Assembly: GCF_017876815.1 (NCBI RefSeq) | Contig: NZ_JAGIOS010000001.1 | Span: 3,030,001-3,062,000, forward strand | Origin: Sinorhizobium meliloti | GTDB taxonomy: Bacteria > Pseudomonadota > Alphaproteobacteria > Rhizobiales > Rhizobiaceae | DNA length: 32,000 nucleotides | Direction: 5' to 3' | Part shown: positions 17,491 to 26,396 of the stretch, piece by piece | Layout of the letters: the number at the start of each line of letters is the position of its first letter | Position numbering within the stretch: the first letter of the stretch is position 1 | Translations under genes and position numbers: made by a program | Notes under the pieces: generated by a model | Databases searched by the model: none | Told to the model about the DNA's origin: nothing | What the model saw: only the letters and a program-made list of their open reading frames with translations

Positions 17491-17757
17491 ATGAAATTCA
17501 CAGTGATCGAAGGGGGAAAGGCGGCGGAGGTCACGGCCGCCGGATCGGTGACCATCCGCGACGAGGCGGAGAGACGCATAAAGGCGGCGGGCTATGAGCA
17601 GTGGCGGGTGCGGAGCCTGGCAACCGGCGCGCCTATCCCAGGGCCTATCCAGTACCTGAAGATGCAGATCGATTTCGTCGCCGGAAAGCTCGAGCAGCTC
17701 AATCCCATCCCAAGCGATTTTACCGACGACAAGTACTGGCCTGCCGCCGGGATTTGA
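17491..17757 (+). CDS. Hypothetical protein, 88 aa, no recognisable domain
   Basis: ATG 17491 follows 'gaaggcaggc'. Moderately high GC3. Bounded by the hairpins at 17401-17425 and 17814-17835. In the track it is the tail of an out-of-frame shadow ORF (16753..17757). Confidence 0.5.
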   Translation: MKFTVIEGGKAAEVTAAGSVTIRDEAERRIKAAGYEQWRVRSLATGAPIPGPIQYLKMQIDFVAGKLEQLNPIPSDFTDDKYWPAAGI

Positions 17758-17788
17758 GCCCTGCTGCATCGGCGCGGAAGAGTCTTTT

Positions 17789-17838
17789 CAGCCCAAGGAC
17801 TTGGACTGGCTGGATTCCTGTGACAGCACAGGAATGAG
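17789..17838. repeat. Short palindromic repeat, copy A (..gctggattcctgtgacagcacaggaatgagg..)
   Basis: 9-bp stem attcctgtg / cacaggaat (17814-17822 / 17827-17835) between convergent genes. Related copies at 31272-31305 and 31336-31371. Confidence 0.7.
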
Positions 17839-17864
17839 GGGCGCTGGTAACAGGCGGGGCAGGC

Positions 17865-18935
17865 CTACGATACCGCCGACCTCGCCATCGGCGGCTGGAA
17901 TTCCGGTTGGCTGAGGCTCTGAAGCGTCTCCGGCGGGCGGCCTTCGATATGGCCGATCACAGCCTTTGCGAGCTCGCGCCCGGCAATGCGGATGTCCTCA
18001 TACATCGTCATTACTTCCGGACGCAGCCAGCGCAGGAAGTCGCTCGGCACTTTCGACACCATTTCGGCGTCCTCGCCGACCTTCTTGCCTGCCGCTTCGA
18101 TCCCTGCGATCAACGCGATCGCGCCGGAGCCGCTGCCGGAAACCACACCGTCGGGGGCATCGGGGGAACGCATCAGCTTCTCGAATGCATCACGGATGGC
18201 CACCAGGCTGTGGTCGATGTTGACCTGGTGAAAGCTTACGGCTTCCGCGCCGAAGTCCCTCACGCCCCTCTCGAAACCGGTGCGCATGTGCGAATGGAAG
18301 GTCAGGTTCGGCGGCGGCTCGAGGAGCACCAGCCGCCGCCTGCCGCGGTCGACGAGCTTTCGGACCGCCTCGTAGGCGAAGCGCTCGTTGTCGAAGTCGT
18401 GATAGGGATGGATCAGCCCCATCTCGGTGCGTCCATGGGTGGCGAAGGGCAGGCGGCGCTCGGTTAGTAGCGTTACGCGCGGATCGTTGGGTTCGGTTCG
18501 GGAGATGATCACCCCGTCCGCCGCGCCGGTATCGAGAATGTAGCGGATCGGACCGAGCGGATCCTTGGCCGAACTGTAGGGCGTCACGACCAGGTGGTAT
18601 TGCGTGCCGGCGAGAATTTCGGTGATGCCGATGACCATGGGGCTGGTGATGCCCATGATCTCTTCCTCCAGGGTCAGCACGAGACTGATGACATTCGTCT
18701 TGCCCGTCCTGAGGCGAACACCCGCGCGGTTGGGCTGATAACCGATCTGTTTTGCTACAAGACGGACGCGCTCCTTGGTTTCCGCACCGATGTCCGGAGC
18801 ATCCTTCAGGGCGCGCGAGACGGTGGTGACACCGAGCCCGGTCATGAAGGCGATCGTCTTAAGGGTCGGTCTGCCGCCTTCGACCGGCGCCGCCGTCGTC
18901 GCTCTGTTCTTCGTCTTGCCATCCATGCCCGTCAC
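17865..18935 (-). CDS. LacI-family transcriptional regulator
   Basis: N-terminal HTH 'TLKTIAFMTGLGVTTVSRALKD..RVRLVAKQIGYQPNRAG' plus a periplasmic-binding-protein-like sugar domain. ATG 18926 is an alternative start. Confidence 0.9.
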   Translation of the reverse strand: MTGMDGKTKNRATTAAPVEGGRPTLKTIAFMTGLGVTTVSRALKDAPDIGAETKERVRLVAKQIGYQPNRAGVRLRTGKTNVISLVLTLEEEIMGITSPMVIGITEILAGTQYHLVVTPYSSAKDPLGPIRYILDTGAADGVIISRTEPNDPRVTLLTERRLPFATHGRTEMGLIHPYHDFDNERFAYEAVRKLVDRGRRRLVLLEPPPNLTFHSHMRTGFERGVRDFGAEAVSFHQVNIDHSLVAIRDAFEKLMRSPDAPDGVVSGSGSGAIALIAGIEAAGKKVGEDAEMVSKVPSDFLRWLRPEVMTMYEDIRIAGRELAKAVIGHIEGRPPETLQSLSQPEFQPPMARSAVS

Positions 18936-19062
18936 GCCAATCCGCTCTCCTGAACCACGGCCCCCCGTCGCACTCGTTCAACCGCAGGCCGCGTCGCCCC
19001 GCCTTATATACGAAATACGGCTGCCGGCCACATTCATCGACGCCGATGTTCAGCCGGAAATC

Positions 19063-19074
19063 TGTAACGATACA
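19063..19074. promoter_or_regulatory. Candidate LacI-type operator half-palindrome TGTAACGATACA
   Basis: 10/12 self-complementary around a central CG, resembling the generic LacI/GalR operator (TGnAAnCGnTTnCA). Confidence 0.25.
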
Positions 19075-19382
19075 GTAGCAATGTCGAGCATTTTCGTTGC
19101 TGCAATGCGAAGGGCGCAACCCGCAGGTTGAGTTCCGCCACGGAGAGCGCCGATGTCGCATATGGGAAGACATTAAAGGCTCCTCCGAGACGAAAAGTAT
19201 GGGAAGACCCAGCGTTACTAACAGCTTACCTCGAAAAACACGTTGAGAGCCTTGCCTCTGACCAGACGCTTCGTCGATACCTTTCTCACAGGAATGTGCT
19301 ACCAAAAATTGTATTTTCACATTTATCGTGAATTGGCCGTTGTAGGTGTTGCGCGGGGAAATTCTTTGATCTAAGTTTTTAC

Positions 19383-19394
19383 GGCAACGTTACA
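19383..19394. promoter_or_regulatory. Candidate LacI-type operator (reverse strand TGTAACGTTGCC), 17 nt upstream of the binding-protein gene start
   Basis: Contains the perfect AACGTT core and shares TGTAACG with the site at 19063. It directly precedes the SD GGGAGG. Confidence 0.3.
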
Positions 19395-19410
19395 GTGAGG
19401 GAGGACACTC

Positions 19411-20646
19411 ATGAATTTACGTTTTCTAGCTGCCGCTTTGGGCGCAACCGCTGCCTTGCCCTTCGGCGCTGCCAGCGCGACCGATCTCGAGGTCACGCAT
19501 TGGTGGACTTCGGGTGGAGAGGCGGCCGCGGTTGCCGAGCTTGCGAAGGCTTTCGACGCAACCGGAAACAAGTGGGTCGACGGCGCGATCGCCGGCTCCG
19601 GGGGTACGGCGCGCCCGATCATGATCAGCCGCATAACCGGCGGTGACCCGATGGCCGCCACCCAGTTCAACCATGGCCGTCAGGCGGAAGAGCTGGTGCA
19701 GGCGGGATTGATGCGCGATCTCACCGATATCGCCACCAAGGAAAATTGGAAGGAAATCGTGAAGCCGTCGAGCCTGCTCGACTCCTGCACGATCGAAGGC
19801 AAGATCTATTGCGCGCCGGTCAATATCCACTCCTGGCAGTGGCTCTGGCTTTCGAACGCCGCCTTCAAACAGGCGGGCGTCGAAGTTCCGAAGAACTGGG
19901 ACGAGTTCGTCGCAGCCGCACCGGCGCTCGAGAAGGCCGGGATCGTTCCGCTCGCCGTCGGCGGTCAGCCGTGGCAGGCGAACGGCGCCTTCGACGTGCT
20001 GATGGTCGCGATCGCCGGCAAGGAGAACTTCGAGAAGGTCTTCGCCCAGAAGGATGAGGAAGTGGCGGCCGGGCCTGAAATCGCCAAAGTCTTCAAGGCT
20101 GCAGACGATGCCCGCCGCATGTCGAAGGGCACCAACGTCCAGGATTGGAACCAGGCGACCAACATGGTCATCACCGGCAAGGCCGGCGGACAGATCATGG
20201 GGGACTGGGCCCAGGGCGAGTTCCAGCTTGCGGGTCAGAAAGCCGGCGTGGACTACACCTGCCTTCCGGGTCTCGGCGTCAACGAGGTGATCTCGACCGG
20301 CGGCGACGCGTTCTACTTCCCGCTTCTGGAGGATGAGGAAAAGTCGAAGGCGCAGGAAGTGCTGGCGTCGACCCTGCTCAAGCCGGAAACGCAGGTGGCC
20401 TTCAATCTGAAGAAGGGCTCTCTGCCGGTGCGCGGGGACGTCGATCTCGCGGCCGCGAACGACTGCATGAAGAAGGGCCTCGATATCCTCGCCAAGGGCA
20501 ATGTGATCCAGGGCACGGACCAGCTTCTGTCGGCCGACAGCCAGAAGCAGAAAGAGGACCTCTTCTCCGAGTTCTTCGCGAACCACTCCATGACGCCGGA
20601 AGATGCGCAGAAGCGTTTCGCCGACATCATCGCCGCTGCGGATTGA
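19411..20646 (+). CDS. Sugar ABC transporter substrate-binding protein (CUT1-type, family 1 SBP)
   Basis: Sec signal 'MNLRFLAAALGATAALPFGAASA' then 'LEVTHWWTSGGE', typical of CUT1 sugar SBPs. SD GGGAGG. Confidence 0.9.
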   Translation: MNLRFLAAALGATAALPFGAASATDLEVTHWWTSGGEAAAVAELAKAFDATGNKWVDGAIAGSGGTARPIMISRITGGDPMAATQFNHGRQAEELVQAGLMRDLTDIATKENWKEIVKPSSLLDSCTIEGKIYCAPVNIHSWQWLWLSNAAFKQAGVEVPKNWDEFVAAAPALEKAGIVPLAVGGQPWQANGAFDVLMVAIAGKENFEKVFAQKDEEVAAGPEIAKVFKAADDARRMSKGTNVQDWNQATNMVITGKAGGQIMGDWAQGEFQLAGQKAGVDYTCLPGLGVNEVISTGGDAFYFPLLEDEEKSKAQEVLASTLLKPETQVAFNLKKGSLPVRGDVDLAAANDCMKKGLDILAKGNVIQGTDQLLSADSQKQKEDLFSEFFANHSMTPEDAQKRFADIIAAAD

Positions 20647-20659
20647 GAGCGGCGCTCCA

Positions 20660-20745
20660 AGCCCCGCACTTTGACGGGGCTGATCTTCCCTCGCCGAGAG
20701 CACGGTGAAATCGTGCCGCCTGCGCTGATTTTTGTCGGCGCAGGC
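20660..20745 (+). promoter_or_regulatory. Intercistronic hairpins after the binding-protein gene
   Basis: agccccg-N8-cggggct (20660-20681) and gcctgcgc-N12-gcgcaggc (20718-20745) lie in a 192-nt gap. This arrangement is common after ABC binding-protein genes. Confidence 0.35.
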
Positions 20746-20838
20746 GTGGCGGGCGAGGGCGGCAAATGGGCGTGAGCCGCCGGCGCATTCCGCGGTGCCC
20801 ATCACAAGAAAACCTTTTGCAGATCCGGAGGAGGAAAC

Positions 20839-21747
20839 ATGACAGGTCTAACACGTGGCTCGGCGCGGCCGAACCAGTGGCTGCGAAACCTGAATGCGAA
20901 GATCGCCTCTATCCCGATGATACTCACGGCCATGGTCATCTTCGTGGGCGGCACGGCCTGGACGGTCGTCTACTCCTTTACCAATTCCAAGCTCCTGCCG
21001 CGGCTCGCCTTCGTCGGCTTCGACCAGTATGAGCGGCTGTGGGCCGCGCCTCGCTGGCTGGTCTCGATCCAGAATCTGGCGGTCTTCGGTTGCCTCTCGC
21101 TGGTTTTCAGCCTGGTGATCGGCTTCGTCCTGGCCGCCCTGATGGATCAGAAGATCCGTTTCGAGAACACGTTCCGGACGATCATGCTCTATCCGTTCGC
21201 CCTGTCGTTCATCGTCACCGGTCTCGTCTGGCAATGGCTGCTCAATCCGCAATACGGAATCCAGTCGATCGTCAGGTCTCTTGGATGGACGAGCTTCTCC
21301 TTCGACCCGCTCTACAATTCGAACATCGTCATTTACGGCATTCTCATCGCCGCGCTGTGGCAGGGAACGGGCCTCGTCATGTGCCTGATGCTGGCCGGGT
21401 TGCGAGGGATCGACGAGGACATCTGGAAAGCGGCCCGGGTCGACGGCATCCCGATGTGGAAGACCTATGTGCTGATCATAATCCCGATGATGCGCGGCGT
21501 CTTCATCACCACTCTGGTGATCATCGCGAGCGGCATCGTCAAGGTCTACGACCTCGTCGTGGCGCAGACGAGCGGCGGCCCGGGCATCGCCTCCGAAGTG
21601 CCCGCCAAATACGTCTACGACTACATGTTCCAGGCCCAGAACCTGGGCCAGGGCTTTGCCGCCTCCACCATGATGCTCGTGACCGTCGCGATCATCATCG
21701 TGCCGTGGGCATATCTGGAGTTCGGAGGAGGGCGCAAGCGTGGATAA
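20839..21747 (+). CDS. Sugar ABC transporter permease (MalF/UgpA-like)
   Basis: 6-TM protein with EAA loop 'IDEDIWKAARVDGIPMWKTY'. Strong SD GGAGGAGG. Confidence 0.9.
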   Translation: MTGLTRGSARPNQWLRNLNAKIASIPMILTAMVIFVGGTAWTVVYSFTNSKLLPRLAFVGFDQYERLWAAPRWLVSIQNLAVFGCLSLVFSLVIGFVLAALMDQKIRFENTFRTIMLYPFALSFIVTGLVWQWLLNPQYGIQSIVRSLGWTSFSFDPLYNSNIVIYGILIAALWQGTGLVMCLMLAGLRGIDEDIWKAARVDGIPMWKTYVLIIIPMMRGVFITTLVIIASGIVKVYDLVVAQTSGGPGIASEVPAKYVYDYMFQAQNLGQGFAASTMMLVTVAIIIVPWAYLEFGGGRKRG

Positions 21748-22681
21748 CATCGCCAATCACAGCATGGCCGCGGCTTACGAGACTGCCCCCGGCGGTCCCA
21801 TGGCCGGGCCTCGCGGCAGAAAGCCGCGCCGGACGCTCTCCCGCCGCAATATCATCGTCTACGGCACTTTGATCGTCGTGGCGCTCTACTATCTTCTGCC
21901 GCTTTACGTGATGATCGTCACATCGCTCAAGGGCATGCCCGAGATCCGCGTCGGCAACATCTTCGCTCCGCCGCTCGAGATCACTTTCGAGCCCTGGGTG
22001 AAAGCCTGGGCGGAGGCCTGCACCGGTCTCAATTGCGATGGGCTTTCCCGCGGCTTCTGGAATTCGGTGCGCATCACCGTGCCGTCCGTGATCATCTCGA
22101 TCGCAATCGCTTCCGTGAACGGTTACGCGCTCGCCAACTGGCGCTTCAAGGGCGCCGATCTGTTCTTCACCATCCTCATCGTCGGCGCCTTCATCCCTTA
22201 CCAAGTGATGATCTATCCGATCGTGATCGTGCTCAGAGAAATGGGCGTCTACGGGACGCTGACCGGCCTGATCATCGTGCACACGATATTCGGCATGCCG
22301 ATCCTGACGCTGCTGTTCCGCAACTATTTCGCCGGGCTGCCGGAGGAGCTCTTCAAGGCCGCACGCGTCGACGGCGCAGGGTTCTGGACGATCTATTTCA
22401 AGATCATGCTGCCGATGTCACTGCCGATCTTCGTGGTTGCGATGATCCTCCAGGTGACCGGGATTTGGAACGACTTCCTTTTCGGCGTGGTCTTCACCCG
22501 GCCGGAATACTACCCGATGACGGTCCAGCTCAACAACATCGTCAATTCGGTTCAGGGCGTGAAGGAATACAACGTCAACATGGCGGCCACGATCCTGACC
22601 GGCCTCGTGCCGTTGACGGTCTACTTCGTCTCCGGCCGCCTGTTCGTCCGCGGCATCGCAGCCGGCGCAGTGAAAGGATAA
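21740..22681 (+). CDS. Sugar ABC transporter permease (MalG/UgpE-like)
   Basis: EAA loop 'LPEELFKAARVDGAGFWTIYF'. GTG 21740 overlaps the upstream gene by 8 nt. ATG 21764 and ATG 21800 are alternative starts. Confidence 0.85.
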   Translation: MDNIANHSMAAAYETAPGGPMAGPRGRKPRRTLSRRNIIVYGTLIVVALYYLLPLYVMIVTSLKGMPEIRVGNIFAPPLEITFEPWVKAWAEACTGLNCDGLSRGFWNSVRITVPSVIISIAIASVNGYALANWRFKGADLFFTILIVGAFIPYQVMIYPIVIVLREMGVYGTLTGLIIVHTIFGMPILTLLFRNYFAGLPEELFKAARVDGAGFWTIYFKIMLPMSLPIFVVAMILQVTGIWNDFLFGVVFTRPEYYPMTVQLNNIVNSVQGVKEYNVNMAATILTGLVPLTVYFVSGRLFVRGIAAGAVKG

Positions 22682-22687
22682 GCAAGC

Positions 22688-23773
22688 ATGACAAGCGTAT
22701 CTGTCAGGGACCTGTCGTTGAACTTCGGCGCCGTCACAGTGCTCGACAGGCTCAATCTCGACATCGATCACGGGGAGTTCCTCGTCCTGCTCGGCTCTTC
22801 CGGGTGCGGCAAGTCCACGCTGCTCAATTGCATTGCCGGGCTGCTCGACGTTTCCGACGGGCAGATCTTCATCAAGGACCGCAACGTCACCTGGGAGGAG
22901 CCGAAGGACCGCGGCATCGGCATGGTGTTTCAGTCCTATGCGCTCTATCCGCAGATGACCGTTGAGAAGAATCTCTCCTTCGGCTTGAAAGTCGCCAAGA
23001 TCCCGCCGGCCGAAATCGAAAAGCGCGTGAAGCGGGCCTCGGAGATCCTGCAGATCCAGCCGCTGCTCAAGCGCAAACCTTCGGAGCTCTCCGGCGGTCA
23101 GCGGCAGCGCGTGGCGATCGGCCGGGCGCTGGTGCGCGATGTCGACGTCTTCCTGTTCGACGAGCCGCTGTCGAACCTCGACGCCAAACTGCGCTCCGAA
23201 CTGCGCGTGGAGATCAAGCGCCTGCACCAGTCGCTGAAGAATACGATGATCTACGTCACCCATGACCAGATCGAAGCGCTGACGCTGGCCGACCGGATCG
23301 CCGTCATGAAAAGCGGCGTGATCCAGCAACTCGCCGATCCGATGACGATCTATAACGCCCCGGAGAACCTCTTCGTCGCCGGCTTCATCGGCTCGCCGTC
23401 GATGAATTTCTTCCGCGGCGAGGTGGAGCCGAAGGATGGACGCAGTTTCGTTCGGGCCGGCGGCATCGCCTTCGACGTGACCGCCTATCCGGCGCATACC
23501 AGGCTGCAGCCGGGCCAGAAAGTCGTTCTCGGCCTGCGGCCGGAGCACGTGAAGGTCGACGAGGCGAGGGACGGCGAGCCAACGCATCAGGCGGTCGTCG
23601 ACATCGAGGAACCGATGGGGGCGGACAACCTCCTATGGCTGACATTTGCCGGCCAATCGATGTCGGTGCGGATTGCCGGCCAAAGGCGCTACCCGCCGGG
23701 AAGCACGGTGCGCCTCTCCTTCGACATGGGCGTCGCGTCGATTTTCGACGCCGAGAGTGAAAACCGCCTCTGA
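22688..23773 (+). CDS. Sugar ABC transporter ATP-binding protein (MalK/UgpC-like)
   Basis: Walker A 'GSSGCGKST', signature 'LSGGQRQRVAIGRAL', Walker B 'VFLFDEPLSNLD', C-terminal TOBE-like regulatory domain. Confidence 0.93.
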   Translation: MTSVSVRDLSLNFGAVTVLDRLNLDIDHGEFLVLLGSSGCGKSTLLNCIAGLLDVSDGQIFIKDRNVTWEEPKDRGIGMVFQSYALYPQMTVEKNLSFGLKVAKIPPAEIEKRVKRASEILQIQPLLKRKPSELSGGQRQRVAIGRALVRDVDVFLFDEPLSNLDAKLRSELRVEIKRLHQSLKNTMIYVTHDQIEALTLADRIAVMKSGVIQQLADPMTIYNAPENLFVAGFIGSPSMNFFRGEVEPKDGRSFVRAGGIAFDVTAYPAHTRLQPGQKVVLGLRPEHVKVDEARDGEPTHQAVVDIEEPMGADNLLWLTFAGQSMSVRIAGQRRYPPGSTVRLSFDMGVASIFDAESENRL

Positions 23774-23859
23774 CAAGTCGCGAAGCGGACCGGGATACGA
23801 GACTCGGTCCGCATCAATGAAACGGCGCCGGTGCAGGCCGCCCGGTGCACGAATGGACC

Positions 23860-26340
23860 ATGGAAATGCCTTCCGAGACCCCGAACCGCGATGCCGTCCG
23901 TATCGACCTTTCCGGCGATTGGCTGCTTGCCGCCGCCGACAACAGCCACGCCCTGACGATCGCGCTGCCGGGCGACGTGCACAGCGCGTTGCAGCGGGCC
24001 GGCATCATCGCCGATCCCTATCGCGGCCGAAACGAGGCCGATGTCCAGTGGGTCGCCCGGAAAGACTGGGTGCTCGAGCGCACCGTCGTCATCGATGCCG
24101 ACGATCTGAACGGGGGATGGTATCTCGACTTCGAAAGCATCGACACGGTCGCCTCGGTCTACGTCAACGATGAACTCGTATTGCAGGCCGAGAATTGCTT
24201 CCGCCGTTATCGGCCTGACGTATCGGGCGCGATCGTCGCCGGCGAGAACCGCATTCGCATCGTGCTCCATTCGGCAATTGCCGAGGGAGCGCGGCGGCAG
24301 GCGGCGCAACCCTTCTACGTGCCCTATCACGACGGCAATTCGCCGATCGCCAACGGAAACATGCTGCGCAAGCCGCAATGCCATTTCGGCTGGGACTGGA
24401 ATATCGCCATTGCGCCGCTCGGGATCTACGGCTCGCTGGCGCTCTGCCGGCTGGAAACGGCCCGCATCGAACATGTCACCACGCGTCAGATGTGGCTGGA
24501 TGACGGGTCCGTCGATCTGCAGGTGACGGTCCAGCTCTTCGCCCGTGAACCCGGCATCGTGCCGGTCCATTTCATGCTCGACGGCGTGCGCGAGCGGCTG
24601 GATTGCGCGGTCGGCGCCGGGGAAACGCGCCTTACCCATGTCTTCACGGTGCAGGAGCCCAGGCGCTGGTGGCCGGCCGGCAGCGGCGACCAGGCGTTCT
24701 CGACGCTTAAGGTGGAGGTGCCCGGCGAAACCGTCACGCGTCAGATCGGCTTCCGCACGATCGAGCTCGTCACCGATAAGGACGAGGCGGGGAGCCGCTT
24801 CGCCTTCCGGGTAAACGGCCGCGAGATCTTCTGCCGCGGGGCCAACTGGATACCGGCGGATGCTCTGATGTCGCGGGTAACGCCCGAAAGTGTCGAGGAC
24901 CTGCTTCGCTCGGCGGTCGACGCGAACATGAACATGATCCGCGTCTGGGGGGGCGGCTTCTATGAGCCCGACTGGTTCTACGATCTGTGCGACCGGCTCG
25001 GTCTGCTCGTCTGGCAGGATTTCATGTTCGCCTGCAATCTCTACCCGTCGACGCCGGATTTCCTGGAGAATGTTGCGGCCGAAGTGGACTATCAGGTCAG
25101 GCGGCTTTCGACCCATCCGTCCCTCGCGCTCTGGTGCGGCGACAACGAGCTTGTCGGCGCGCTTACCTGGTTCGAGGAGAGCCGCCGGGATCGCGACCGC
25201 TATCTCGTCTCGTACGATCGCCTGAACCGGACGGTCGAGGCGGTGATGAAGCAGGCCTGCCCGGAAGCGATCTGGTGGCCGTCCAGCCCCTCCGTCGGCT
25301 ACCTCGATTTCGGCGACGCCTGGCACGCCGACGGCGCCGGCGACATGCACTACTGGTCCGTCTGGCACGAGAACAAATCCTTCGACAATTACCGCACCGT
25401 GCGGCCGCGCTTCTGCTCGGAATTCGGATTCCAGTCCTACACCTCGATGCAGGTCATCCGGCAGTTCGCCGAAGCGCATGACCTCAATATCGCCTCGCCG
25501 GTGATGGAGGCGCATCAGAAGAATGCCGGCGGCAACGAACGCATTGCCGGCACGATGTTCCGCTACTTCCGCTTCCCCAAGGATTTTCCGAGCTTCGTCT
25601 ATCTGAGCCAGATCCAGCAGGGCCTCGCGATCCGGACGGCCGTCGACTACTGGCGGTCGCTGAAGCCCCATTGCATGGGCACGCTCTATTGGCAGCTCAA
25701 CGACACCTGGCCGGTCGCGTCGTGGTCGAGCCTCGACTACGGCGGACATTGGAAGGCGATGCACTACATGGCGCGCCGCTTCTTCCAGCCGGTTGCCGTA
25801 GCCGCAATTCCCTCTGCGGATGGGCGGGAGATCGCCTTCTCGATGGTGAACGACACGGCCGAGCCGGCGACGGTCGAGTTGCAGGCGTTCCTGGTCTCGC
25901 TCGACGGCAATCGGCAGCGGCTGCTCGCCGCAGCGGGGACGTGCCCGGCCGATCGCGCGTCGACACTCGTGACGGTCGCCGCGAAGGACATTCCGCCAGA
26001 CACGCTGCTCTTCTGGTCTTTCGAAGCTTCGAACGGGGCAACGGGCGAGGGACACTATGCCCACGGTACCTATAAGGCGCTCGATCTCGTGCCTTCCGGC
26101 CTGACCATCGAGGCGGTGCCTCGGCCGGACGGTTCCTTCGATGTCGCCGTAACGGCAGCCGGGCTGGCGCTGCACGTCATGATCGAGGCCGATGTCGAGG
26201 GACGTTATTCCGACAATGCCTTCGATCTGACCGCCGGCGAGACGAAATCGATCCGTTTCACCCCGAGGATAGCGCTCGACGCGGGCGCGAGCCCACGCTT
26301 CAGCGCCTACGATCTCGAATCCTGCCAGGGAAAAGGGTGA
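23860..26340 (+). CDS. Glycoside hydrolase family 2 beta-mannosidase
   Basis: 'NMIRVWGGGFYE', 'LVWQDFMFAC', acid/base 'LWCGDNE' and nucleophile 'CSEFGFQS' blocks typical of GH2 beta-mannosidases. Start uncertain (GTG 23845, ATG 23860 or ATG 23866). Confidence 0.85.
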   Translation: MEMPSETPNRDAVRIDLSGDWLLAAADNSHALTIALPGDVHSALQRAGIIADPYRGRNEADVQWVARKDWVLERTVVIDADDLNGGWYLDFESIDTVASVYVNDELVLQAENCFRRYRPDVSGAIVAGENRIRIVLHSAIAEGARRQAAQPFYVPYHDGNSPIANGNMLRKPQCHFGWDWNIAIAPLGIYGSLALCRLETARIEHVTTRQMWLDDGSVDLQVTVQLFAREPGIVPVHFMLDGVRERLDCAVGAGETRLTHVFTVQEPRRWWPAGSGDQAFSTLKVEVPGETVTRQIGFRTIELVTDKDEAGSRFAFRVNGREIFCRGANWIPADALMSRVTPESVEDLLRSAVDANMNMIRVWGGGFYEPDWFYDLCDRLGLLVWQDFMFACNLYPSTPDFLENVAAEVDYQVRRLSTHPSLALWCGDNELVGALTWFEESRRDRDRYLVSYDRLNRTVEAVMKQACPEAIWWPSSPSVGYLDFGDAWHADGAGDMHYWSVWHENKSFDNYRTVRPRFCSEFGFQSYTSMQVIRQFAEAHDLNIASPVMEAHQKNAGGNERIAGTMFRYFRFPKDFPSFVYLSQIQQGLAIRTAVDYWRSLKPHCMGTLYWQLNDTWPVASWSSLDYGGHWKAMHYMARRFFQPVAVAAIPSADGREIAFSMVNDTAEPATVELQAFLVSLDGNRQRLLAAAGTCPADRASTLVTVAAKDIPPDTLLFWSFEASNGATGEGHYAHGTYKALDLVPSGLTIEAVPRPDGSFDVAVTAAGLALHVMIEADVEGRYSDNAFDLTAGETKSIRFTPRIALDAGASPRFSAYDLESCQGKG

Positions 26341-26396
26341 CCCCTTTTACGCGCACTCCCAAGCAACCGTTCCAACGAAACCACCAGGAGATTTCG

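Noticed and set aside
19128-19331. 67-aa ORF in the AT-rich part of the LacI/operon intergenic region.
   Set aside because: It has a TTG start with no SD. Third-codon positions are mostly A/T after the first few codons, unlike every confident gene here.
23689-26175. 828-aa ORF antisense to the beta-mannosidase gene. Similar long antisense or out-of-frame ORFs: 15977..17356, 19426..20805, 22418..23587, 28361..29668, 29934..31100, 9963..10943, 10940..12031, 4065..5099.
   Set aside because: These are classic shadow ORFs of high-GC DNA. Their products are Arg/Ala/Gly/Asp/His-rich with no motifs. Each lies opposite, or out of frame with, a gene that has clear family signatures and proper SD sites.
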